DNA from: Thainema sp.
Lineage (GTDB): Bacteria > Cyanobacteriota > Cyanobacteriia > Phormidesmidales > Phormidesmidaceae
DNA length: 23,652 bases
Direction of reading: 5' to 3'
NCBI GenBank assembly: GCA_052168235.1
Contig: JBQLZK010000084.1
Span: 1 to 23,652 of the forward strand
The notes below the pieces were generated by a model. That model searched no databases and was not told the origin of the DNA. It saw only the letters and a program-made list of their open reading frames with translations. Position 1 is the first letter of the stretch; each line of letters opens with the position of its first letter. Both the position numbers and the translations under genes were made by a program. Positions 9,757 to 17,334 of the stretch are shown here, one piece after another.

Positions 9757-9786
9757 GCAGGCATGACCGCGTGTGGCCATGCCTGC
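9757..9786. terminator. GC-rich stem-loop downstream of the DUF218 gene
   Basis: GCAGGCATG-ACCGCGTGTGGC-CATGCCTGC, 22 nt after the stop; the upstream AAAA gives a T-tract on the minus strand. Confidence 0.5.
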
Positions 9787-9859
9787 AAAATTTGCGTCCT
9801 CAGTTTTGCACATAGACTTGCATTGAGCCTAACAGCCTAGTGCTTTGTCCACTGTGTTT

Positions 9860-9922
9860 TGAGGAGTAGAAGAATTTTGAAAATATTGCTTCGCAATATT
9901 TTCAAAATTCTTCTACTCCTCA
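9860..9922. repeat. 30-bp perfect inverted repeat with a 3-nt loop
   Basis: TGAGGAGTAGAAGAATTTTGAAAATATTGC-TTC-GCAATATTTTCAAAATTCTTCTACTCCTCA between convergent genes. Confidence 0.9.
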
Positions 9923-9941
9923 TTTCTACTTTGACAGACTA

Positions 9942-10436
9942 CTAGCGCTTCATGTCCTTGGCCATATTACGGAACATTTCCATGTTGGTATCTGAGCGGC
10001 GACGCTCATCTATAGAGGTGCGATCTGACTTGATGCCCTCATCGGTCTGATAAGGAGTTGCCTGCATATAATCAGGCGTGGACGAATTGACGACTGAACC
10101 CTTGGCGGGAGTGGCTTTCATATAGTCGGGTGCATAGGCATCCGAGACTTTTGAGCTGCCCATTGCCGACACCTGCTCAATCCGAGGTTTACTGGAGTTA
10201 GGATTACTCTTGGTTTTCGGGAATGTGCGCTTGATGGTTTTGGCTGTCCGCATGTAGTCGATGTCGCCAAACGTTTTAGCGTCATCCGGATCAAGGAAAA
10301 ATGCTTTTTCTTCCTTTTGAGGTTTAGGAGGCTTTTCCTGCTTAGGCTTGGGAGGCTTTTGGGCCTTGGGTTTGGGAGCTTCCGGCTGATCGTCTGACTT
10401 CTTGCGATTGAAAAGGCCCTTGATAAATCCAGTCAT
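9942..10436 (-). CDS. Hypothetical basic, low-complexity protein
   Basis: 164 aa with ATG start; amphipathic N-terminus MTGFIKGLF, Pro/Lys repeats, core AFFLDPDDAKTFGDIDYMRTAKTIKRTFP, C-terminal MEMFRNMAKDMKR. It resembles conserved cyanobacterial hypothetical proteins as I recall them. Confidence 0.8.
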   Translation of the reverse strand: MTGFIKGLFNRKKSDDQPEAPKPKAQKPPKPKQEKPPKPQKEEKAFFLDPDDAKTFGDIDYMRTAKTIKRTFPKTKSNPNSSKPRIEQVSAMGSSKVSDAYAPDYMKATPAKGSVVNSSTPDYMQATPYQTDEGIKSDRTSIDERRRSDTNMEMFRNMAKDMKR

Positions 10437-10513
10437 TACTCTTGTTTCGGCTAATAGATAGACTTGTCTCTACAGTTTAAGTTTATTTAAGAATCAGCAC
10501 AATCAACAGATTT

Positions 10514-10554
10514 ATTTTTGTAGAAGCCAGGCATAGCTTGACTTCTACAAAAAT
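10514..10554. terminator. Stem-loop / probable terminator for the methyltransferase-peptide transcript
   Basis: ATTTTTGTAGAAGCCAGGC-ATA-GCTTGACTTCTACAAAAAT, an imperfect 19-bp stem about 30 nt past the stop of ORF 10585-10773. Confidence 0.6.
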
Positions 10555-10584
10555 CACTCAGCTTTTTCAGTCAAATTCGGCTAA

Positions 10585-10773
10585 TTAAGCAGCCAAAGAA
10601 TGAGTTGGTAAACCAACTGATGCAGCAGCAGATGATGACGCTGTGGGAGTCTTGACAGCTAAAGATGATGTTGATTGAAGAGCCAGAGAACCCCAGCTCG
10701 AAAGCGTTTGAGGTTGCGAATCCGGTTGGGTTCGCCGATTTGCGATCGCAACTAAATTACAGAGTTGGCACAT
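10585..10773 (-). CDS. Small 62-aa protein with N-terminal CxxC and Ser/Thr/Ala-rich tail
   Basis: ATG with AGGA 8 nt upstream, co-oriented directly after the methyltransferase, contains a HIP1 read as VAIA as in neighbouring genes, and is followed by a hairpin. Confidence 0.55.
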   Translation of the reverse strand: MCQLCNLVAIANRRTQPDSQPQTLSSWGSLALQSTSSLAVKTPTASSSAAASVGLPTHSLAA

Positions 10774-10876
10774 GATGCTTTTCCTGGTGAATGATCTTGG
10801 CAGGATGAACCGTGATGGTTATGTATATGGCTCATTGTGGTTCATCACTGTACGGTTAGTTACTGCGAGTCACGCA

Positions 10877-11962
10877 TTACTGTTTGCGGATGATGTAGTA
10901 GTCATTCATGATGTCGTGCGGCAATTCCTGGCGATCAATCTGCTGGAATCCGGCAGCATTGAGCATCGATTCGGCCTGTTCGCGGCCCCACATGGTTCCC
11001 AATCCCATGCCGCCTTCGGCTAGTGATACGGTCATACAGTGCATACAGGACACGGTATAGAGGAATGGGGCAAGCGGATGATCCAAGTTGCCGCTGACTT
11101 CACTGGCGGCCCGAATCTCTTGCATCAAGTAGACACCATCGCTGCGTAGAGCCCGACAAATGTTGCTCAGCACAATATCGGGACGAGCCTGATCATGAAT
11201 GGCGTCAAACGTGGTGATCAGGTCATACTGCTCCAGCTCATTCATGGTGGCAGTGTCTTTTACCTCAAACTGCACATTGGTTAAGTTCTGCACCTGAGCT
11301 TCCGCCGTAGCCGTTGCGATCGCAACTGGCGAGAAGTCATATCCCTTGAATCGGCTAGCGGGAAACAGTCGAGCTAGCTTATTCATAGCGCGACCACTGC
11401 CACAGCCCACATCCAGCACGTCAATGCCCGCCATCAGCCGATCCACTAGCCCCGGCACCAGCGGCAAAATGTGATCTTCTAGCGCCGTTACGATGGTTTG
11501 GCCACTGTCTTCGGCCATTACCTCATGGAAGCGTTTGAACTGAGAGTAGGGCACTCCACCGCCCTGCCTAAAGCAATCAACAATCTGATCTTCAACCGCC
11601 GCCAAACCGGACACATGCTGGAAAAACGTCGCCATATTGTCTGGCTCAGCCGCACGGGTCAAAAAAGCCGCATGTTCAGCGGGCAAATGATACGTCTGCT
11701 CCGCCGGGTCATAGTCTACGATTTGGCTGACCGTCATGGCGTTTAGCCACTCTCGCACATAGCGCTCTTGTAAACCGGCTGCTTTTGCAATGTGCTGGCT
11801 GGTGGCAGGGGGCAAATCCGCCAGCACATCAAATAAATGCGTGCGATGACCGATGGACATCATAGTTGCGATCGCACCTTGGTTCAGCAAGGCCAACAGA
11901 TTGCCCGCAAACGCTTCGGCTTTGGATGTGTCAAAGGTTGAATGAGTGAGTTGCGCAGTCAT
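10877..11962 (-). CDS. Class I SAM-dependent methyltransferase with N-terminal winged-helix/dimerisation domain (Rv2258c-like)
   Basis: Start moved to ATG 11962 (AAGGAG upstream). Motifs: GL.ERYVREWL, GGGVPYS, VLDVGCGSG, FDAIHD, SCMHCMTVSLAEGGMGLGTMWG. Confidence 0.9.
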   Translation of the reverse strand: MTAQLTHSTFDTSKAEAFAGNLLALLNQGAIATMMSIGHRTHLFDVLADLPPATSQHIAKAAGLQERYVREWLNAMTVSQIVDYDPAEQTYHLPAEHAAFLTRAAEPDNMATFFQHVSGLAAVEDQIVDCFRQGGGVPYSQFKRFHEVMAEDSGQTIVTALEDHILPLVPGLVDRLMAGIDVLDVGCGSGRAMNKLARLFPASRFKGYDFSPVAIATATAEAQVQNLTNVQFEVKDTATMNELEQYDLITTFDAIHDQARPDIVLSNICRALRSDGVYLMQEIRAASEVSGNLDHPLAPFLYTVSCMHCMTVSLAEGGMGLGTMWGREQAESMLNAAGFQQIDRQELPHDIMNDYYIIRKQ

Positions 11963-12031
11963 AAGAGGGGGCTCCTTGTATCGATTTTGGATTGATACTG
12001 CCGATACGTGATTTGTTTGTGATTTGTTTTT

Positions 12032-12049
12032 ATACCAACTAGTTTGTAT
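12032..12049. promoter_or_regulatory. Candidate TetR operator 1
   Basis: Near-perfect palindrome ATACCAACTAGTTTGTAT about 70 nt upstream of the methyltransferase ATG. Confidence 0.55.
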
Positions 12050-12142
12050 GTTAGCCAGCGCATCAGTCAGCGTCAATGATTTCCAGTTAAGCTTTATTTC
12101 GATAGCTCCGTTTCCTCCTAAACGCCTCTTGAGGCTAAAACT

Positions 12143-12181
12143 TAGAACTCAATACCCAAAAGCTAGAATCCAATACCCAAA
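12143..12181 (+). repeat. Tandem direct repeat, 21-bp period
   Basis: TAGAACTCAATACCCAAAAGC followed by TAGAATCCAATACCCAAA. Confidence 0.65.
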
Positions 12182-12241
12182 CCGCCCTAAGCTGATTTCT
12201 CTATTTCGAATCGCCACAACTCAGCAGACAATAAATTTGAA

Positions 12242-12257
12242 ACAAACTGTTTGGTCT
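12242..12257. promoter_or_regulatory. Candidate TetR operator 2
   Basis: ACAAACTGTTTGGTCT matches the reverse complement of operator 1 (ACAAACTAGTTGGTAT) at 13 of 16 positions. Confidence 0.45.
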
Positions 12258-12331
12258 GTAAAATAGTGATGAGCCACAGTTTTTGCAGATGTAAAGCAGA
12301 GCGCTAACGCTAAAGAGGCAGAATCTACTGC

Positions 12332-12367
12332 TGTGTTGCTTGTGTCGCTTGTGTTGCCTGTGTTGCA
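12332..12367 (+). repeat. 9-bp tandem repeat, four copies
   Basis: TGTGTTGCT TGTGTCGCT TGTGTTGCC TGTGTTGCA. Confidence 0.75.
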
Positions 12368-12555
12368 AATATATGTCTGTGCTTTTGCAGTTGATGCAGA
12401 ATGATGCACAATTTCATGCGGGATTCGGTAATCAAATCTCAGCCTATTTTTCTCAAAGTATTGTGTGGAAGGCTGGCAGCGCTGGCTTTCTGCATAAGCT
12501 GAAGGTGGTTTGGCAACTGGTTTCAGTGTCAGTTAGACGAGTTGTGGAGAACAGA

Positions 12556-13173
12556 ATGCCACGGAGTGGAGCAAAAACAAAAGAGCGGATTTTAGATGCG
12601 GCTCATGCGTTAGTCATGGGTCATGGACTGGCGGGCACCTCAATTGATATGGTGCTGCAGCAGGCTGAGATTACCAAAGGAGCCTTCTTCTATCACTTCA
12701 AAACCAAGGCTGAACTGGCCCAGGCACTTGTGCTGCGCTATGCCGAGCAGGATGCCGCTCATCTGGAGGCGCAGCTAACTCGGGCCGAAAAACTGAGCCG
12801 TGATCCGCTTCAGCAAGTTCTAATCTTTCTAGGGCTGCTACAGGAAGAAGTCGAACAGCTCACTGATCCGGGCGCGGGCTGTTTAATTGCGTCCTATATC
12901 TATCAGTTTGAAGACCTGGATCCGGAAATTCGCACTATTTCAGCCCAAGCGTTTCTCCTGTGGCGACAGCGATTGGGCGAAAAATTTGCCGCAGTCATTG
13001 CCAAATTTCCGTCCCGGCTGCCCGTCCAGCCGCAAGAATTAGCGGATGGTATCGTGTCCACCTTTGAGGGGGCATTTGTGATGATGCGCGTCTTGCAAGA
13101 GCCGCAGCAAATTGGCCAACAGCTCGCCCACTATCGCAACTACATTGAGCTGTTGTTTGCTCAAGCTGAATAG
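12556..13173 (+). CDS. TetR/AcrR family transcriptional regulator
   Basis: Start moved to ATG 12556 (GGAG upstream). N-terminal HTH TKERILDAA...ITKGAFFYHFKTKAEL; C-terminal domain with a GCL motif. Confidence 0.93.
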   Translation: MPRSGAKTKERILDAAHALVMGHGLAGTSIDMVLQQAEITKGAFFYHFKTKAELAQALVLRYAEQDAAHLEAQLTRAEKLSRDPLQQVLIFLGLLQEEVEQLTDPGAGCLIASYIYQFEDLDPEIRTISAQAFLLWRQRLGEKFAAVIAKFPSRLPVQPQELADGIVSTFEGAFVMMRVLQEPQQIGQQLAHYRNYIELLFAQAE

Positions 13174-13204
13174 TGCGATCGCAATTCCCCAGCACATTGC
13201 TCAA

Positions 13205-13230
13205 ATCGCAAATCTCTATCGCAAATCTCT
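13205..13230 (+). repeat. 13-bp perfect tandem duplication
   Basis: ATCGCAAATCTCT twice, downstream of the TetR stop. Confidence 0.7.
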
Positions 13231-13380
13231 TAAGTCGTGAGAGTTGCACTAGCGTATCCCTCACAATCCTCTGAAACTGGGACAGATTGCTTATTTATAT
13301 TTATTTTTCGCTGCACACGCGGGAAATATCCGCATAATGAGCCACAGCGTCTACACTGGGGATTTTTGTGGGGATTTCTT

Positions 13381-14724
13381 ATGGTTGAAAAGATACTGAG
13401 GATCACGGCGAATACGCTGCTCAAACTGCGACCAGAGCAATCATCTCAGCTCACTAGCGCAGAACTTCAGCCCGTCTCGGCCGGATCAACCTTCGAAATT
13501 CACTCCTACGCCTACGCAGACATCAATGGTGACTTCGCCGGACATATCAAAGTTGCCTTTAAAGACCTTGACTTCAAAGGCTTCAACACCTGGTTCATCT
13601 ATGGGCTCCATGCCCAGGTTGAATTTGACGGTGCAGTTGTCTATCCCCAGGAAGACGAAGAAGCGATCGCAGTGTTGCGCGTCAACCGAGACACTATCCT
13701 CAAACAGCGGCCCGTGCAATCCTCCGTTTTGCCAGAAGGCGAAAAGCATTTTGTTGCCAGCGGCGACAGCTTCTTATTGCATTCCTATGCCTATGCCGAT
13801 TCGCGGGGCGACTTTAGCAGCCACATTAAGTTTGCCATTCGCTACCCCAAGGATTTCGTTAAAGACCTCAGCACGTGGTTCATCTACGATCAACACGCTC
13901 ATGTGGAGCTAGATGGAACGGTTGTTTATCCCCCCGAAGATCCCAATACGCCTGTCCTGCGAATAACCCAAAATACGCTGTTGAAGCGCAAACCGCTGCA
14001 GTCTTCCCAGCTTTCAGCGGATGCAGTTTATCCCGTTAGTCAAGGCATGACTTGGAAGCTGCATTCCTATGCCTATAAAGATGCTTCCGGCAGCTTCAAG
14101 AGTCATATCAAAATTGCTTTGAAGTATGAGAAAGACTACATTCGCTATCTCAGCACCTGGTATGTCTACGAGGGACATGCTCAGGTTGAAGTTCAGGGCA
14201 AAGTCGTCTATCCCCAACCTAAATCATCGAGTGCTGCGGTGACGGCTGGCAGTAGCGGGACGGTCAGTGCTGGAACAGGCGGAGGGGGAACGGCTTACAG
14301 CGGCATTCCGTTTAAACTACCCGGTAACACCAGCACGTTTTATACCGACCAGCCCATTATTCCTGGCGGCAATTTTACCTGGGGCGAGGCCACGATGAAT
14401 GCCACACGTATCCCCGAAACGGCCACAATTGTGAATAATATCATCGGCCTTGCTCGCGAGCTGCAAAAGGCACGGCAGCAAATTGGCCGACCGTTTCAGA
14501 TCAATTCCTGGTATCGTCCGCCAGCGGTGAATGCGGCAGTGGGAGGGGCCAGATACAGTCAGCATCTCTACGGCAAAGCGGCAGATATTCAGGTTTCCGG
14601 CTATAGCGGTCGTCGGGTCGCTAATGCGGTGATGCTGTGGTGGCCCGGTGGAGTGGGCATTTACAGCAATATTCCAGATATCGTTCATCTGGATACTGGC
14701 CCTAGGCGCGTCTGGGGATTTTAG
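13381..14724 (+). CDS. Peptidase M15A (D-Ala-D-Ala carboxypeptidase-like zinc metallohydrolase) with three N-terminal repeats
   Basis: Start moved to ATG 13381. C-terminal NFTWGEA, SWYRPPAVN, SQHLYGKAADI (H-x6-D) and IVHLD; three ~93-aa repeats and a Gly/Ser linker precede it. Confidence 0.88.
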   Translation: MVEKILRITANTLLKLRPEQSSQLTSAELQPVSAGSTFEIHSYAYADINGDFAGHIKVAFKDLDFKGFNTWFIYGLHAQVEFDGAVVYPQEDEEAIAVLRVNRDTILKQRPVQSSVLPEGEKHFVASGDSFLLHSYAYADSRGDFSSHIKFAIRYPKDFVKDLSTWFIYDQHAHVELDGTVVYPPEDPNTPVLRITQNTLLKRKPLQSSQLSADAVYPVSQGMTWKLHSYAYKDASGSFKSHIKIALKYEKDYIRYLSTWYVYEGHAQVEVQGKVVYPQPKSSSAAVTAGSSGTVSAGTGGGGTAYSGIPFKLPGNTSTFYTDQPIIPGGNFTWGEATMNATRIPETATIVNNIIGLARELQKARQQIGRPFQINSWYRPPAVNAAVGGARYSQHLYGKAADIQVSGYSGRRVANAVMLWWPGGVGIYSNIPDIVHLDTGPRRVWGF

Positions 14725-14791
14725 TCCGGACGGATTGGTTATCCTGAGATATATGTACCAGAACCCGAAAAAGCGGGTTGAGGATATTGGT

Positions 14792-15385
14792 ATGAACAGG
14801 ATAGGACGATGGCCAACTGCGATCGCACTCGCACTTGGCAGCACAACATTTGCCATTAGCGGGATCAATCCGCTGGCTGCTGTGCAGATGGCAGACGGAA
14901 CGGTTTATTTTAATCGGCCACCCAGTTTAGCGGGAGCAACCACAACACGGAGTGATGTTTATGCTTCTCGACCTCGCTATTACTTCACGCTTGAGGTCGC
15001 TGAGGACGCTGGGGAACCGCTGGGGCAGGTGATGATTGCTCAGGAAACCAGCTACGGCGCATTTGGTGATGTGATTGAAGATCTGCGATCGGCAGAGGCA
15101 TTCATGGGCACAAGGCGCGATCGCGAACAGGAAATCGCCATTCAGGATGTGGCAATTGACGAAGAGCAGCAAAGTGTTACGCTGACGTTTAATCCGCCTG
15201 TGGCACCTGGCAATATCGTCACGATTGCGCTGGAACCCGAGCGAAATCCGCGTCGCAGTGGTGTTTACCTGTTTGGCGTCACTGCGTATCCGTCCGGCGA
15301 AAAAGCCTACGGTCAATTTCTGGGCTACGGGCGCTTGCATTTCTATGACCGAGGCGGCGATCGATTCCGCTGGGGCTGGTACTAA
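14792..15385 (+). CDS. DUF2808 domain-containing secreted protein
   Basis: Start moved to ATG 14792 (GAGGA upstream). Signal-peptide-like N-terminus, DGTVYFNRPP, YYFTL, F.PPV.PG, NP...GVYLFGVTAYP.G...QFLGYGRL. Confidence 0.82.
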   Translation: MNRIGRWPTAIALALGSTTFAISGINPLAAVQMADGTVYFNRPPSLAGATTTRSDVYASRPRYYFTLEVAEDAGEPLGQVMIAQETSYGAFGDVIEDLRSAEAFMGTRRDREQEIAIQDVAIDEEQQSVTLTFNPPVAPGNIVTIALEPERNPRRSGVYLFGVTAYPSGEKAYGQFLGYGRLHFYDRGGDRFRWGWY

Positions 15386-15568
15386 TCTCGATCCAATCTC
15401 GATTTTGTGAGGACTCAAATTGATCTTTTTGAAGTTTTGTCGCTATTCTGGCTAAGGAATCGATCGTGCAGTCAAGCTGGTTGACTGCATTATCCGTGGC
15501 TTGCGGTCACTACTTCAATCTTTTAACACTTATCCACCTTTAAGACTAAAGACTAGGAGAGAATTGCC

Positions 15569-15850
15569 GTGTCTGTTGAAACCATCGAAAAGCGTTCAAC
15601 AGTTCGTAAGCTGGCACCCCGGTATCGCGTACTGTTGCACAACGATGACTTCAATCCCATGGAATATGTTGTGCAGGTGCTGATCCAAACCGTGCCGAGT
15701 TTGACGCAGCCCCAAGCCGTCAGCATTATGATGCAGGCGCACAATAGCGGTGTGGCGCTGGTGATTACCTGTGCGCAGGAACATGCAGAGTTTTACAGCG
15801 AGCAGCTTTGTGCTCACGGGCTATCCAGCACCATTGAGCCGGATGAATGA
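15569..15850 (+). CDS. clpS: ATP-dependent Clp protease adaptor ClpS
   Basis: 93 aa; GTG start with AGGAG; YRVLLHNDDFNPMEYVV and EHAEFY. Confidence 0.95.
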   Translation: MSVETIEKRSTVRKLAPRYRVLLHNDDFNPMEYVVQVLIQTVPSLTQPQAVSIMMQAHNSGVALVITCAQEHAEFYSEQLCAHGLSSTIEPDE

Positions 15851-15870
15851 GTAGGAATTTCCTCAGCAAA

Positions 15871-15907
15871 GTGGGTAGACGGCAGGCCATGCCTGTCGTT
15901 TACCTGC
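15871..15907 (+). terminator. Stem-loop after clpS
   Basis: GTGGGTAGACGGCAGGC-CAT-GCCTGTCGTTTACCTGC forms a 17-bp stem only with G-U pairs on the plus (sense) strand. Confidence 0.6.
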
Positions 15908-15962
15908 ATTTATGCACGTTCATTTGTGTACGTTATGGTTTGCTTTCATGAGCGGATGAGGT

Positions 15963-16859
15963 ATGGCTAAGCGTTTCCGCTCACTGTTGACTCGTCGATC
16001 TGCGATCGCACGGTTGGCGACTCCGATGCGAATTTTTGTATTCCTACTCACACTCGCTCTCTGCTGGGCACCGTTCGCTATTCCCATCTACGGCATCGGC
16101 AATCGTATTGATCCCAATGCGGCTTCGATTGCCGCCATGTCGATTCTATATATCGAATTTCTGGTGCTGCTCTGGCAGTGGCGACGGCGTCTCTATGACG
16201 ATTCGACGCCATTCAAGAGCTGTGGCTTACGACGACAGCGACAAGATATTCAGTTAGGGCTGATCGGTCTTGCGATCGCGCTGCCGGGTTTAGCTATCTT
16301 ATTTGGCTTACAAGTTCTGCTGGGCTGGGCGACTTTGGATTGGAGCCAGTTTAGCGGACGTTGGATCTTGGAAGGTGCGCTGGTTGGCCTGGCCGTTGGC
16401 TTTGCAGAAGAACTGCTGTTTCGCGGCTGGTTGCTGACAGAACTGGAAGCTGACTATTCACCTGCGATCGCACTGTGGGCGAGTAGTCTAATATTTGCGA
16501 TCGCGCATTTTTTGCGGCCACTAGAGGCAATTCTAGCCACTTGGCCGCAGTTTTTTGGGTTGGTCATCCTGGGGTTAACCTTGGTTTGGGCCAAACGGGC
16601 CTCATCATCAAAGTTGTCGGGCCAAAGGCAAGGGGGCCGACTGAGCTTGCCGATGGGTCTACACGGTGGCCTCGTTTGGAGCTACTACATCGTTGATGTC
16701 AGCGATTTAATTGTGCCGACGGAGCGAGTTCCCGCTTGGTTGACGGGGTTTGGCGGCAATCCGCTGGCTGGCATACTGGGTGTCGTGCTGCTGACAGTCA
16801 TGGCCGCATCTATACGCTGTGGCGTTACAGTATATATACAGCGTAGGATTAGGACGTGA
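15963..16859 (+). CDS. CPBP family intramembrane glutamic endopeptidase (Abi/CAAX)
   Basis: Multiple TM segments; EELLFRG, FAIAH and GLHG motifs. Its 3' end overlaps the convergent NUDIX gene by 11 nt. Confidence 0.9.
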   Translation: MAKRFRSLLTRRSAIARLATPMRIFVFLLTLALCWAPFAIPIYGIGNRIDPNAASIAAMSILYIEFLVLLWQWRRRLYDDSTPFKSCGLRRQRQDIQLGLIGLAIALPGLAILFGLQVLLGWATLDWSQFSGRWILEGALVGLAVGFAEELLFRGWLLTELEADYSPAIALWASSLIFAIAHFLRPLEAILATWPQFFGLVILGLTLVWAKRASSSKLSGQRQGGRLSLPMGLHGGLVWSYYIVDVSDLIVPTERVPAWLTGFGGNPLAGILGVVLLTVMAASIRCGVTVYIQRRIRT

Positions 16860-17313
16860 TTAAGCGATAAATGCGATCTCGGTTTTCGTGAATCAGCCCC
16901 GTTTGCTCCGGCCAGAAGAGGTCGGGCAGGTCATTGAGCGGAAACCAAAACAGGTGATATTCACGTTCCGTATCGGTAGGTTTGCCTTGGGTTTGCTCGG
17001 TCGTAAACAGAAAATAGTGAGTGATTTTCCAGCAGTCTTTTGAGTAAGCCAGCCGCTGCCGTTTGCCTAGTTTGGTAATCAGTGTCAAATCAGTCAGTCC
17101 GGCTTCTTCAGCGATTTCCCGCTGGGCAGTCACTTCCAAGCTTTCACCGGGTTCAACAGTACCTTTGGGTAATACATACTTAGGCAGCTTGCCCTCTTGG
17201 ACAACCGCTACATAGGGCGTTTTGCCCGCCAACCGCACAATCACGCCCCCAGCCGATACGGTTTCCGGCAGATTGGGCAGACGTTCATACCAGGTATGGT
17301 CAATCGTGATCAT
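16849..17313 (-). CDS. NUDIX hydrolase
   Basis: SAGGVIV and Nudix box LPKGTVEPGESLEVTAQREIAEEAGL. Confidence 0.92.
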   Translation of the reverse strand: MITIDHTWYERLPNLPETVSAGGVIVRLAGKTPYVAVVQEGKLPKYVLPKGTVEPGESLEVTAQREIAEEAGLTDLTLITKLGKRQRLAYSKDCWKITHYFLFTTEQTQGKPTDTEREYHLFWFPLNDLPDLFWPEQTGLIHENRDRIYRLITS

Positions 17314-17334
17314 GGTTCGGCGGCTGGGTATAGT

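Noticed and set aside
11963..12076. N-terminal extension of the methyltransferase in the ORF track
   Set aside because: It overlaps the operator-like palindrome, and a strong AAGGAG precedes ATG 11962.
12143..12367. CRISPR-like repeats
   Set aside because: The repeats are short and adjacent, without unique spacers, and no cas genes are present.
12340..12555. Cys-rich (MCRLCCLCCK) N-terminal extension of TetR, metallothionein-like
   Set aside because: The cysteines come from the 9-bp TGTGTTGC tandem repeat, the start is non-ATG without an RBS, and ATG 12556 has GGAG and gives a normal TetR length.
13255..13300. Possible c-di-GMP-I riboswitch (GAAA...GGGAC) before the M15A peptidase
   Set aside because: It lacks the GCAAAC and GCAAAG segments and the second stem.
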